Source: Klebsormidium nitens
Lineage: Eukaryota; Plantae; Klebsormidiophyceae
Direction: 5' to 3'
DNA: 43,824 nt
Assembly (NCBI GenBank): GCA_000708835.1
Contig: DF237638.1
Coordinates: 1 to 43,824 of the forward strand
Shown: positions 1 to 10,871 of the stretch, piece after piece
Numbering within the stretch: the stretch's first letter is position 1
Layout: each line of letters begins with the position of its first letter
The notes under the pieces: generated by a model
Told to the model about the DNA's origin: nothing
What the model saw: the letters and a program-made list of their open reading frames with translations, nothing else
The model's database searches: none
Translations under genes and position numbers: made by a program

Positions 1-364
1 CAGGTCGGATGCTCCAGAACATTAAGAGCATGTATGCTAACCTGCGCTGTCGTGTTAAAGAAGCCATGTGGAGGCTCGGAGAAAACTTTTCGAAAGCAGC
101 CCGGTGGGGTGGCCGTGTCGTTCGGTAACTCTCTATTCACGACTGCACATAGACGGGCTAGAGAATTTGATGGGCGAAACGGCAGACAGTTCGGAGCTGA
201 GCGGGGTCGAATCCCCGTTTTTAGCGTTTGCCTGGCAACAACGTAGTACGTTCAATTGTTGACCAGCGCCGCGGGGCTGCAAAGCAAGTTGGGCCTGTTG
301 CAATGTTCAGGCCCATGCAGAAACTTAGCAACTTAGAGAGTGGGCTTGCTTCGATCTTCAAAAC

Positions 365-1015
365 TTACATTGAACACAGGCTAGTAATTTGCGTACCCTA
401 GGTTTGCGGTGGTCCCTCGACGGTCGGTTGCCCAAACCATCGGCCAACAACTCCGCAACACTTGTAAAAGTGTCGCAACATGGTGTTGCGATACTTGCCC
501 AATAATTTTCCCCTAAATATGGGCAAATTGACACATGTTCTACACGGCGTTTCACCGTCGCTCGAAAAAGCAGTCCCTACTTCAAGACTTAAGCAGACCT
601 AGGTGCCTGTAACATACTGCAACTTACAGCAGAGTGTTTCAATCCAAGGCAATTCGAAATGGTCATGGTGTCAATATGCTGCGACAACACGTTTCACAGT
701 GATGAAGTCGTCGGGCCTCTCAAGGCCTGCGCTCGAATTGCCGTCCGGCTATCGATAAATTACCAAGTCTACGATGTAAGCTTGAAGCTTCGTAAGCTAA
801 AAATTTGACTAGTTAGGCAATTATGTTCGTCAAATATGAAGATCGAATGTCGAGGATGTACTTTTGAGTGTTGCGACACTCCAGCGCCGATGGTTGCAAC
901 GCTGTTGCAATGTTGTTGGCCAACCGTCGGTTAGCCAAAGAGTGCCCGACCGTCGCGACGGTGTCGCGAAATCCAGAATTGCATATAACATTAGCCTGTG
1001 AAGTCATGTGAAGTC
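365..1015. repeat. Degenerate inverted repeat, possible old MITE
   Basis: The reverse complement of about 365-485 shares ordered blocks (TGTTGCGACACT, GTTGTTGGCC, CCGACCGTCG, TAGCCTGTG) with about 866-1015. Ends and TSD are not resolvable. Confidence 0.35.
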
Positions 1016-1816
1016 AGAGGTTTTCGGGGTCAAATCGCTGGGCAAAAAGAAAGGAACGAGTTCCGTTATGAGGGAGACTACCGGAGACTCGGCGGAGACT
1101 CGTGGCGAGTGCAAATATTAGAGCTATTGCATTGGGGAGTGCACCTCCATTGCAACGGGAGCTTTTGAAAGGGCCCCTTTCATAGGGGGTCCAGCTTGGT
1201 CTGGCAGCGGCTGGGCACAAAGCAAAAATCTTTCTGGGAGCGGTCGGATGTCGGGAGTTGGAGGTGCGGAAGATTATTGGATTGAAGACTCGGATCGGTT
1301 TATTTGCTGTGCTAGTGGGGCTAATTGTGCACTGGTACGAGGCGGAAGTGTGAGGTCCGGAGTACGGTCCAAGGTGGGGGTGGAACACCAATGGGAGATT
1401 GGGCAGTGCAAAGAAAGTTCACCGGGCGTTTTTACGGGGTCTCTTGCGAGCCAATTGTTGAGGTCGACTCTGTCAGAGGCGAATCCGAGGCGAGTTAGGC
1501 GGGTTCCTGCTGGCCATATCTAGATGGGAGCAGATCTTCGAAAGTGTTACCTAATCGAACCGCAAGTCTCCTGCGCAGGACAAATTGGCTCGATTACCTC
1601 TTTAGAATCCAAGGGCATGTGGACGGCTGGTGAGAGAGGGTGGTTTGCAGACGTTTGCGGCAAAGACTCGAGAACAGTTGTTGATGACAAGATTGCACAG
1701 GGGTTCCACATCAAATCTCTCTGAAGTTTGTCAAAATTTGCATACACGCATGATTTGAGAGCCTGAGGAGCACGGTCGCAAGTACAGCACGTATTTCGAG
1801 GAGGTAAAGCAAGGCT

Positions 1817-1865
1817 ACTCGGATGGGCCTACTTCGACTCGGATGGGCCTACTTCTACTCGGATG
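1817..1865. repeat. 20-bp tandem repeat, about 2.5 copies
   Basis: ACTCGGATGGGCCTACTTCG / ACTCGGATGGGCCTACTTCT / ACTCGGATG read directly. Confidence 0.9.
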
Positions 1866-3198
1866 CGCCGTTTCTTCCTGCGCTAGCCAATTCAAGTTGA
1901 CTCGGAGCTCATAATCTAGCTATAGAAACCGAAGTCTGGCAGGGGATACCTCAAGAAAAAGGGTATTGTGCATAGTGTGCAACGGGTGAAATAGAGGACG
2001 AATCTCATTTCGTATATGTATCTATACTTGCCCATCGTATACTGACCTTAAAAGAGATTTCCCTTGCATGTTTGAGATAAGAGGGGAGACCATTTTTCCA
2101 CTTTCCGATCGATCTGCAGGACAAGTATGCTTTAGGGCTTTAGGGGGGTATCTACACTAACATCACCACCCGCACTTTATAATCGGGCAAAGCGGTCGAA
2201 CCGGGTCGGCATTGTTGCCAGCGCGGTTCAAACGGTCACCCAAATTACAAATTGTGGTCCGAAGGCGCATGACTCTGCGACCCAAAAGTGGCCTTTTAGC
2301 TGAAAATGACAGAAGCATTTCTTCATCGTTTTCGGCGGAGTCCTCCTCGAATGGTCTGGAAACAAACATCCACCAATTATCGAATCGAAACCGCCGCTGA
2401 AATTGATACAAAAATCCGGATTTTATATGCATCATAGTACCTCCTCGCTCGGTTGCGCCCCTGCAAATTTTTCAACTTGCGGAACATGATTATGCCAATC
2501 CTACCATGTCGGAGTATTTACAATGCGGGTGGTGGTTTAAGCTTTGCGGTGTACAGTTCCAAAGATAGACAATCGTCGACTTGGCCTGTAGCCGACCACG
2601 GCTCCGAACCGACGTCAAATCAACTAAATCCGAATCTAAATCATATATGTCAATGACCATAGACATACTCACGAGTTGGATCGAGACTGCATCTTGTTGA
2701 ACGATATATTACATAACATGCATAGCAGACGTGCATACATTGCAATGATAGAGCCGGCGCACATTAATTGGGGGCTAGGCGCTGGGCTCGAGCTTAATCA
2801 CAATAATGTCACATGCTTGATTGTGCCCGTACTTTCATGTATACATGCTTCACTTGGCCGGTGATGCTGGTAACCTCATAGGTTTTCAGGTTTACCTCTT
2901 TATAACTTTAGTGTTATTTGCATACACCAGTAGCCTTCGTCAAGCTGAGCCAAAATTACACTCAAACGCCACAGTCAGTCTTAGAATTTGAGCCCGGGCA
3001 CGCCCAAGCCTCGCCAGGATCCGGATGCATCATATCCCGTAGTTGAAATTTTACGCCGTGCAAGGAATTGAGCTTCTTCGGTCATACAAAGGACGGTTAC
3101 CCTCCCACCAAATGAGCCCATTTCGCTTTCAGAACCTGACGCTACTGTACCCATTAACTTCTAGTAGCAATGAAAGCACAGGGGATGGGCAGGAGGCA

Positions 3199-5150
3199 TC
3201 AATGAGAACCTCTCCTTTTGAATGCAACAGTACAGACTCGAGTACCTGACGACCCGCCAAAGTGATACACAGGGTACGAGCGCACATGATCAACATAGTC
3301 GAAAGCTGGGTCGCAGCAATAGACTTCGCTTCCGTTTTCTTCCTCGTTCAGGGTTCCATTAGAAGCCGGGGTTGCCTCTGATGGTGGCATGGTGAATTCG
3401 GCAATGAGCTCGTCGGTGGTGCTATTGCACGACGTGATTACCTGCCACAGGCAACAAGCATCACCAATGTTGCCGCCATGGCGTGCTCGATTGGCACAGA
3501 GGGAATAGCATTTGAAATCGGGAACTCCACCTCTTAGTTGGAGGAGGCGCTTCACATCCCGCTGACGAAGACCCCGCTTGCCTTTGAAAGCATCACAGTA
3601 GCTTTCAATCTTGCTATGCTGTGTGGGCTCAACCACAGAGATGCTTATTGTGAAAAGGGGGTCAAAAGTAAAGCGCAGAATATTCACGAGCGAAGGGCTC
3701 TTTCTAGAAAAGAAGCTGTAGGCTCAGGCTTAGGGGAAACAAACGAGAAGCAATCTTGGTGGTGCGTAGCAGCGGGCCGCTCACCAGCAGCCCCCCTGGG
3801 CGCACGAGGTGCGCCATGGCGTGGCGGTAGGCGCGGCGGCGCGCGGCCCCCTGCGTGGGGTGCAGCCCCACGGCGTCCAGGGTGCCCTTGTCCGTCACCA
3901 GCTGGAACGGCGCCGCCAGCTTGGAGGCCAGCACGTCGTCCACCAGCAGCGCCGCAGCACGCAGCGCGGGGGAGGCGGCGGCGGGCAGGCGGGCCAGCAG
4001 GTCGCACGCCAGCTGCACCCCCGCCTCGCTGTAGTCCGTGCCGGTCAGGCGCTGGAACCTGCAGGCGCACCAGCAGCAGTCAGCCGCCGTAGGGGCGATG
4101 CAACAAGAGTCTCTGCAGGAAGGGAATGACAAACGGGCCCAGCATGGCCAGCCGTGGGAAAGGTCGCAGGGGAGGTTCCCGAGGAGGTGCGCGGCAGCAT
4201 ACCCGCGGTGCGCCAGCGCGTGCAGGAGCAGGCCATTCCCACAGCCCACGTCCAGCACGTCCCACTGCGCGGCCCCGCCCGCGTCTGGGCGCCCCCGCTC
4301 GCCCAGGCTGCCCGGCCCAGCATAGGTGCCCCCCGCGACGGCGGCGGCGAGGCGCGCAGTGAAGTCGGCCATGGTCTCCTGGACGTCCGCGCCAAACCTG
4401 AGAGAATCGGCATGGCATCACAATCAGGGAGGCTCAGCACGGCATTGAAATAGAAAATGTGGTGCTCACCGGGCGCAATCCAGAACAGAAACCTCCGGAG
4501 AGGCCAACCTTTCACAAGTAGTTGCACCTAATCCCAATGCCCATTCGGTTGCGGCTTTGAGAAAGGTCTTCAAAACTTAGCCCCACATACGAGTTCCATT
4601 CTACAAGGGCACATCATAAGGAACACAAAGGGCTCAATAGTTGGGAGTGGGGACACAATTTGTAAGTTCACACGAATCACCCAGTGGCAACTTAAAGTGC
4701 AAAGGCATGCCGGTGCTGGCGCGTCACAGCAACCAGCATCTGCGAGGAAGTGCATGGAAGAGGAGGGGGGGGGCCCACTGCTGGTGCGCTGCTGCGGGGC
4801 CTCACCAGATCTCCCCCTGCTCCCCATGCTCGCGGTGCAGCGCCAGCTCGTGCGCGTACACGTCGTCCCAGTGGCTCTGCAGCCCCAGCTCAGAGCCGTC
4901 CCCCTCCTCCTCCTCCTCCTCTTCCTCCTCTGACGCGGCCCCTGCCTCCTCCGCAGCGGGGGGCGCAGCCCTGGCAGCCACCAGCAGGGGCAAGCAAGGG
5001 CGTCAGAGAGGAGGGGCGGGGCGCAGACACAGCCAGCGGGTGGCAGCCCGGCAGGACGGGCCTCTCAGCGCTGACGCCGAGCACGGGCCGCGCTGTGGTG
5101 ACTCACCCGTGGTGCCCGTTGTCGTGGTGCCCCCCCTCAAGGCCGTCCAT
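3199..5150 (-). CDS. EEF1AKMT2: Protein-lysine N-methyltransferase, METTL10/EEF1AKMT2/Efm4-like (5 exons, about 306 aa)
   Basis: Exons 5150-5107, 4970-4806, 4397-4203, 4058-3785, 3441-3199 join in phase over GT-AG introns. Motifs: SELGLQSHWDDVYAHELALHREHGEQGEIWFG, VLDVGCGNG (SAM motif I), LTGTDYSE, VTDKGTLDAVGL, VITSCNST and DHVRSYPVYHFGGSSGTRVCTVAF, as recalled for the METTL10/Efm4 family. An in-frame upstream ATG at 5225 is an alternative start. Confidence 0.88.
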
Positions 5151-5849
5151 GGCGTGCGGGTCGTCCCCCCCGTCCAGCGTGGACCAGTACTCGCTGCAGC
5201 TGGATTTTTTTCGTTCTAACAACATGCTACATAGAACATATGGGGTTCTAGTAAGAACATGATGGAACACCGGGACGTTCTAGGTAAGCTGCTGAGTAGA
5301 AATATATCTGAGATTGCTCAAACTGAGTAGAATATTGCACAAACGTCCTGCAGACTGCAACATCGCCCACCGTAGCGATGCTAGCTTCAGCAGATGTGGA
5401 GTCTCCACACGTTGCTTGTCACCTTTTTAGAGATTGCGATGCACCTTGCGTCGCACCTGACCCCGCTTCCGGTTGGCCAGCAGGCCAGTGAGGCCAGAGA
5501 TATTGAGGCCGGAGAATCTGCTGGAGTGAAGGCGCCTCCGAATCCAACGTCACGTCTGCCCCCGGACGTTGATGTCAACAATGCAATGTAGACCTGCTTC
5601 CACCTCTTCACTTGCTTCACTGTTCACAAAGACATATTTATGCAGCCTTGGGACGCCATGTTTTGGGCCACAGCCCACTCGAGTTCCTGCCATCTCTGCC
5701 TGGTGTAAACAGGGACGAGCTGGAAGGTTCTCGGCACGTCATGACTCATGCCGGCCGGAGTTCGCAAGTCTAAACCCTGAACATCCGCAGGACGAAATTG
5801 AACGGCTCTCCCGGCAGAGTGTCGCAGGGGATCGAAGGGGCAGCTGTTC

Positions 5850-6581
5850 CAACCCAGTCTCACGCCCGTTTCGAGAAAACCTCTCAAAACACCAGCCGTG
5901 TCGGTTTGGACAAAATGCTCGAAAGTGCCGGCCGGTTTTTGAACAAATTGCTCGAAATAGCCGGTCGAGTTTTGATCAAATCGCTCGTATTCTAGCTGCG
6001 CCATTCGAAGAAAAGGTTCGAATTTGTGGAGGCCCCGGGCACACACTAAAACCAAAAGGACTTGCTCGGTTGTCACTCGCAGTGGTGTAACCCTAAAGCG
6101 GGAAGGCCCGGTTGTCCCAGGGTTGCCCGCAAGACCCTAATGTCACAGGCAGGGCCCGGTTGCTTCTCAGGTGCCACGGTCCCTAAACTACTACTCTAAG
6201 AGGGAAGTGTCCGTTGTCCCCGGGAAGTTGCGGCCGCCCGCCGCCCCGACCAACCACCCATAAGGGTACCGTCCTTTCTGTACCGCAATCCCGGCGGTCT
6301 TCGCGATCGATGTTGTGGGCCGCGATGGTCCACCTGCATCGACGGTGGAGATTTCCCGAAAGCTACCCGCACGTCGCGACGGCAGACCCGGACGGACCAG
6401 GTCGCAAATTTGAACAATTTGTTCGTATCGCCCGACGCAGTTTTGAGCATTTTCTCCAAAATGACCCGACCGGATACGAACGATTTGTCCAAAATCGATC
6501 GCCGTATTTTGAGAGATTTACTCAAACTTTCAAATTGGTGTTTTGAGAGGTTTTCTCAAAACGGGCCGTGAGTCTGGGTTG
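5850..6581. mobile_element. Non-autonomous DNA transposon (MITE/foldback-like), 732 bp
   Basis: 45/46-bp TIRs (5850-5894 and 6536-6581; 2 mismatches + 1 indel) begin CAACCCAG. They are flanked by the direct repeat GCTGTTC (5843-5849 and 6582-6588). Each arm carries degenerate 33-bp subterminal repeats, inverted between arms. No transposase. Confidence 0.85.
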
Positions 6582-7395
6582 GCTGTTCACACCAAGGATC
6601 TGATGCTGAGGCCCCGGAGGGGCGCCCTCTCCTCTAAAATTGGAAGGCTCGAAAGATGTCAGACTTCTCTACTACCGTACGGCACTACCGTCGGTAGTAC
6701 AAGCTGTATCAAAGGCATGGGGCACGCAAGAAGCTTAGCCAGCATACCTATTAAAGTAGAAAGTCTGAACTAGATAGCGCAAAGCGGTGAAGGAGGGGAG
6801 CGAAGACACAAGAAGACACTTGAGCCTGGTCTCCGAAACCTTTCCTCAAGTCATCGCATAATTGGCATGGACCAGGTTCGGAGGTAAGCCATAGCCTTAG
6901 GTGCATGTGTCATCAGTGCACCTGAGCGGCCAGCTGGCGGCGCAGGGCTCCTGCGTATGCGCTGGGAGTAGCAGAGGGAGGCCGCGGGGCAGCCATCGGT
7001 GAGGCGGCACAGCCTGGTGCAGAGGCAGCTGGGCAGCAGACTGGGCGAGAGGGTGAGGGCAGTGGCTGGCTATGGGGTTGAATGGATCGTACCGATCCGA
7101 AATCGCCATGTTCAGAGGTTGATGGGTCCAGACAGGCAGCCTCGCATTGGCTTACGTTTTTGGTGCATTCTGTATCAGCTTTAGCTGGAGGAAGCAAGCT
7201 CCGTGCAAATGCACCCCGCTTGGCTTGTGTTGGGACAGGTCCTGACGCCACCTGATGACAGGCATGTCCGTTGCCTTTCTTCTGCTGCAGGGAACTGCGC
7301 ACAAAGGTCGCTGATTGGGGAGGGCTTCCAAACCAGTGCCCTATTGCTGCTGGAACTGTTAGCGTGCCGCCCCGATCCCTTCCCTTGGAGCCACC

Positions 7396-9724
7396 ATGAG
7401 CAGCGAGGAGGGGCTCCAGAAGCGGCAGTTCAACTTCCCCCTCTTCTGTGGGCTGTGGCTGCCGGCCAAGGTGAGGCATCCCGCTGCCGGCAGCTGCTCC
7501 ATGCACCGGGTTCATCAGTGGACACGCATGGGAGCCACCCTTTGCAAGCAGAGTTTTTGAGGGGGTTAGCCACGCGGGCTGTCCTTGACTCAGGGCCTCC
7601 GCCCCAGTTGCTTTGCAGTGTGCTCCCCTCGCTGCCCCTGTCCCTGTCTCAGAATGGCAGCCCGCTTGCAGAGCTACCGGCTGAGCCGTGCCCCGCTCGT
7701 TGTGCAGCCCGGCGAGGAGGACGCCGGCCGCCAGTTGCTGGTGCTGGGCGGCGGCGGCGGAGCGGGGGCTCATGGTGTACTGAACCGGCTGGTGCTGGCG
7801 GCCTGGGACGCAACCACGGCCACGCTCCTGCCCGAGGTGCGCTCCCGGGCAGCCCCTGCCTTCCAGTAGACGACGAGAGGCCCAACGTGGCGCCCCGCTG
7901 CGGCCCAGCTGCCTCCACTGTGCCTGGCTTGCTCCCTGCCCCCCTGACCCTGCCCGTCTTGTGCTCCCTGTCAGCTTGCAGGGGAGGAGACTGGCGAGGA
8001 TGCGGCCCAGGCTGCGGCGGTGCACCCGCAAGGGGCCGTGCTCGTTGTGGCATTTGCGACAGGGGCCCCCCTGCGGCGCTACGATGTTCGCTCCGGGCCA
8101 TCGCCGCGCCTGCTCTCAGGGGCAGCCCTTCCAGCGGGCTTGCAGGGGTGGGGAGAGCAGCGCGCGCTGGCCTTCAACGAGAGTGGGGACCGGCTGGCGC
8201 TAGGGGGGCAGGTCAGCCAGCCACTCTCAGTTCCTTCCGTCCTCGCAGCGGTGGGCCCATCGCCTATCATAGAACAAGGGGTTCAAGGACGGAAGCGGGG
8301 CCAGACTCTGATGGAAGGGTCCCTGGGGGTGTTTTTTCCTGCTGTTCTGCTGGGGCACCCCCGCGCCCCGCCGGCCTGCCCTGGCCCCCCTCCCATCCCG
8401 GCTGGCCCCTGCTTGCAGGACGGCGCGGTGCGCGTGGTGGAGTGGCCGAGCGGGCGCGTGTCTGTGCAGCTGCCGGAGGCGCACACGGCGGACGTGCGCA
8501 GCCTGGCCTTCAGCGCGGACGGCCGCTTCCTGGCCAGCACCAGCCGCAGCGCCGCCTGCCCCGTCTGGGACCTGCACCGTGATGGCGAGCAGGCAGCCAC
8601 GCTCACAGTGCCCCAGGTCAGTCAGCACGGGCCGCCTTTGAGGTCCGCCTGGCTTGGACTCCTGGCTCAGACTTCTGGCTTGGACTTTCAACCTTGGGAT
8701 AGCAACCCCAGCCTCCAGTTTTGAAGTGCGCTCTTTGTCCCCTCCCCCGCGCTGCCTGCGTAGAGGGGGTCCTCCGAGTGAAGGTGGGCCAAGAGCCGCT
8801 CTGTCTCCCTTTGCCCCGCATGATTCCTTGCCTGCTCCCCGCTGCAGGGCTGCACCATCTCGGCTGTTCGCTTCTCGCGCGTCGGCCCCCTCGTGGCGTA
8901 CCTCGCCGTGCAGCGCGCCGGCCACGCCTGGCTGCATGTCTGGGCCGCGGCCCCCTGTGGGCGTGCCGCCGCCGCCGCCGCGTGCACTCGGCCCCGCTGT
9001 CGGCACTGGCGCTGAGCCCGAGCGGCGCGCTGCTGGCGTGCGCCAGTGCGGAGGGCGCCATCGCCGTGCTGGCCGCCCCGCACCTGGCGCCCCTGCTGCG
9101 CGTGCGCCGCGCCCACCCCCTCTTCATCACCGGCCTCGACTTCTCGCCCGACTCCAGGTGAAGGCCCATCTGTAGCGGGCCAGCGCCGGTGCCTGCTGGG
9201 AGCTACGCTGCAAGTGCCGCTATAATCAAGCCCTGCTTGGTCTGCGTTGGGTGGTGCCGTCGTTTGGCATTCCCTGCTGGGAGACGGGTGCCAAGCTTGT
9301 GTTGTGCCACCATTATTGTCGTTCCCTGGCCTATTACGCACCTCATGCCTTGCTGCCTCTCTCCTGCCCCCCTCCTCGCAGCGCGCTCCTCTCCATTTCG
9401 GCCGACTCCAGTGCGCGCGTGACCGACCTGCGCCATGTTGCCCACGGTGAGTGTGCGTCACCCGCATCCCGTGCCCTGGCTCGGGGCAACTCCCCCTGTG
9501 TGGCGCTGCTGGAGCCTCGGCAGCCGGCCTGCCCCCGCCTGCTCGACCCTCGGGCTGTGCCCGCCCTCAGTGCTTCCAGTGTCGGCCCCGCCTTGGCGGC
9601 GCCGCTTCCCTGCGTGACCCCTTCTGCCGCTGTGCTGCGTGCAGGCTCTGCCTGGTGGGACCTGCTCCTGGCCCTGCTCGTGGCGCTCCTGGCAGTCGCT
9701 CTTGCGGCGTTCCTGCAGCGCTAA
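7396..9724 (+). CDS. SEC12: SEC12/PREB-like WD40 Sar1 guanine-nucleotide exchange factor with C-terminal TM helix
   Basis: Exon 1 7396-7470 (MSSEEGLQKRQFNFPLFCGLW). Exon 2 7708-7836 has LVLGGGGGAGAHGVLNRL (Sec12 glycine/K-loop motif). Later exons give AVHPQG, WD40 repeats (HTADVRSLAFSADGRFLASTS; HSAPLSALALSPSGALLACASAEG; AHPLFITGLDFSPDS; SISADSSARV) and a hydrophobic tail WWDLLLALLVALLAVALAAFLQR*. Confidence 0.85.
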
Positions 9725-10871
9725 CCACCTCGCCGCATGGGGCAGGAAAGGCCGTTGGGAGCGGCGCACCCTGCGTGGCCCCTGAACTTGTGTCCAAAGA
9801 GGCGGAACCTGAGAATCACCGGCTGATATGACAGCGATTGCAGCTGGGATAGAATCCAGTTGTTGGGCAACAAGACTTGTCCTTTCAAGCAAGCAAAAAA
9901 GGATGCATAGAGATAACTCTGGTCACGAGTTCCTGGGCTGAACTTCTCGCCGCTTCCTTCTTGCTCTCCCTTCGAGCAGCACTGAAAACCCTACAATTGC
10001 CTAGCCACAAGTTCCTATTGCAGACACATACGTTATTCTCTCAATGAACTCGACTACTGCAGAACCTGTCCAACCTGGCCGCTTGGCGTTAGCTAAAAGT
10101 GACCCTCGTGGCGTGGCGCTTCATGTAGGGGCATCGATTTATTTCCCGCATGAGCACATGCTGGGACGTACAATCACATGCGAATGCACAATCACCGGAT
10201 GCATGTTATGCAGATCATCCTCGGGCTTAGAATTATCTAGTCAGATCTAATCCAAAGGGTACTCGGCTGCCACCATGCAGATGATGAAGAGCCTTTGCAT
10301 GTGACTTGGGATATGCATTCGAAGAATGCCCAATTGCATGGCTACATGTCAGCATAGTGAGCTGCCCTTTAGGTCATGATGGACCAACGCAGTCAATGAC
10401 ATTCAATCTGTGGAGTGCATTTTAGACCGTCTAAATACCATCCAAGCTCGCCCAAATATATCGTAACAAGTAGTGCCCAATGTTTCCAAATGGAACTACT
10501 CGGAACTGAATGAAGGACCTTCTGAGATACGGACGCTTCATAGCTTTCCCGAGGCAATCCTTCGATGAGTAACGGAAGCAGCGTTGCAAAGGAGCAAAGG
10601 GCTAACATGCACTACGCACGTAGATGTATGACCAGATCATCTAGGTTTGTCGACTGCCTCGATCGACTTCACATCCTCTCGCAGTGATGCCCCATTATTG
10701 TAATTTGACCAAGATGATTTTAGAAGCAAGGACAGGCGCTGTCTCGCATGTTGCCTGCTTCGTCCAGGACTTTGCGATTCAGCCGCCCCGCGGAGCTCTC
10801 TGCTGCTGCAGTCTCCCGTGTGCTCCCTCCTGGTCTGTGCCCTCATCGCCCCCCCCTGCCTCCCCCGCCTG

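Noticed and set aside
5624-6546. ORFs 5624-6076 (-) and 6214-6546 (+) with 11-aa F/Y-E-x-F-x-Q repeats as proteins
   Set aside because: The periodicity is fully explained by the inverted 33-bp subterminal repeats of the TIR element, and there is no spliced-gene context.
6913-8582. Long ORFs of 372 and 459 aa and many similar Pro/Arg/Ala-rich ORFs across the window
   Set aside because: They are shadow or intron-read-through frames of GC-rich spliced genes; the conserved motifs lie in other frames or strands.
10281-10287. ATGATGA as a snoRNA C box
   Set aside because: No properly spaced CTGA D box or terminal stem was seen.
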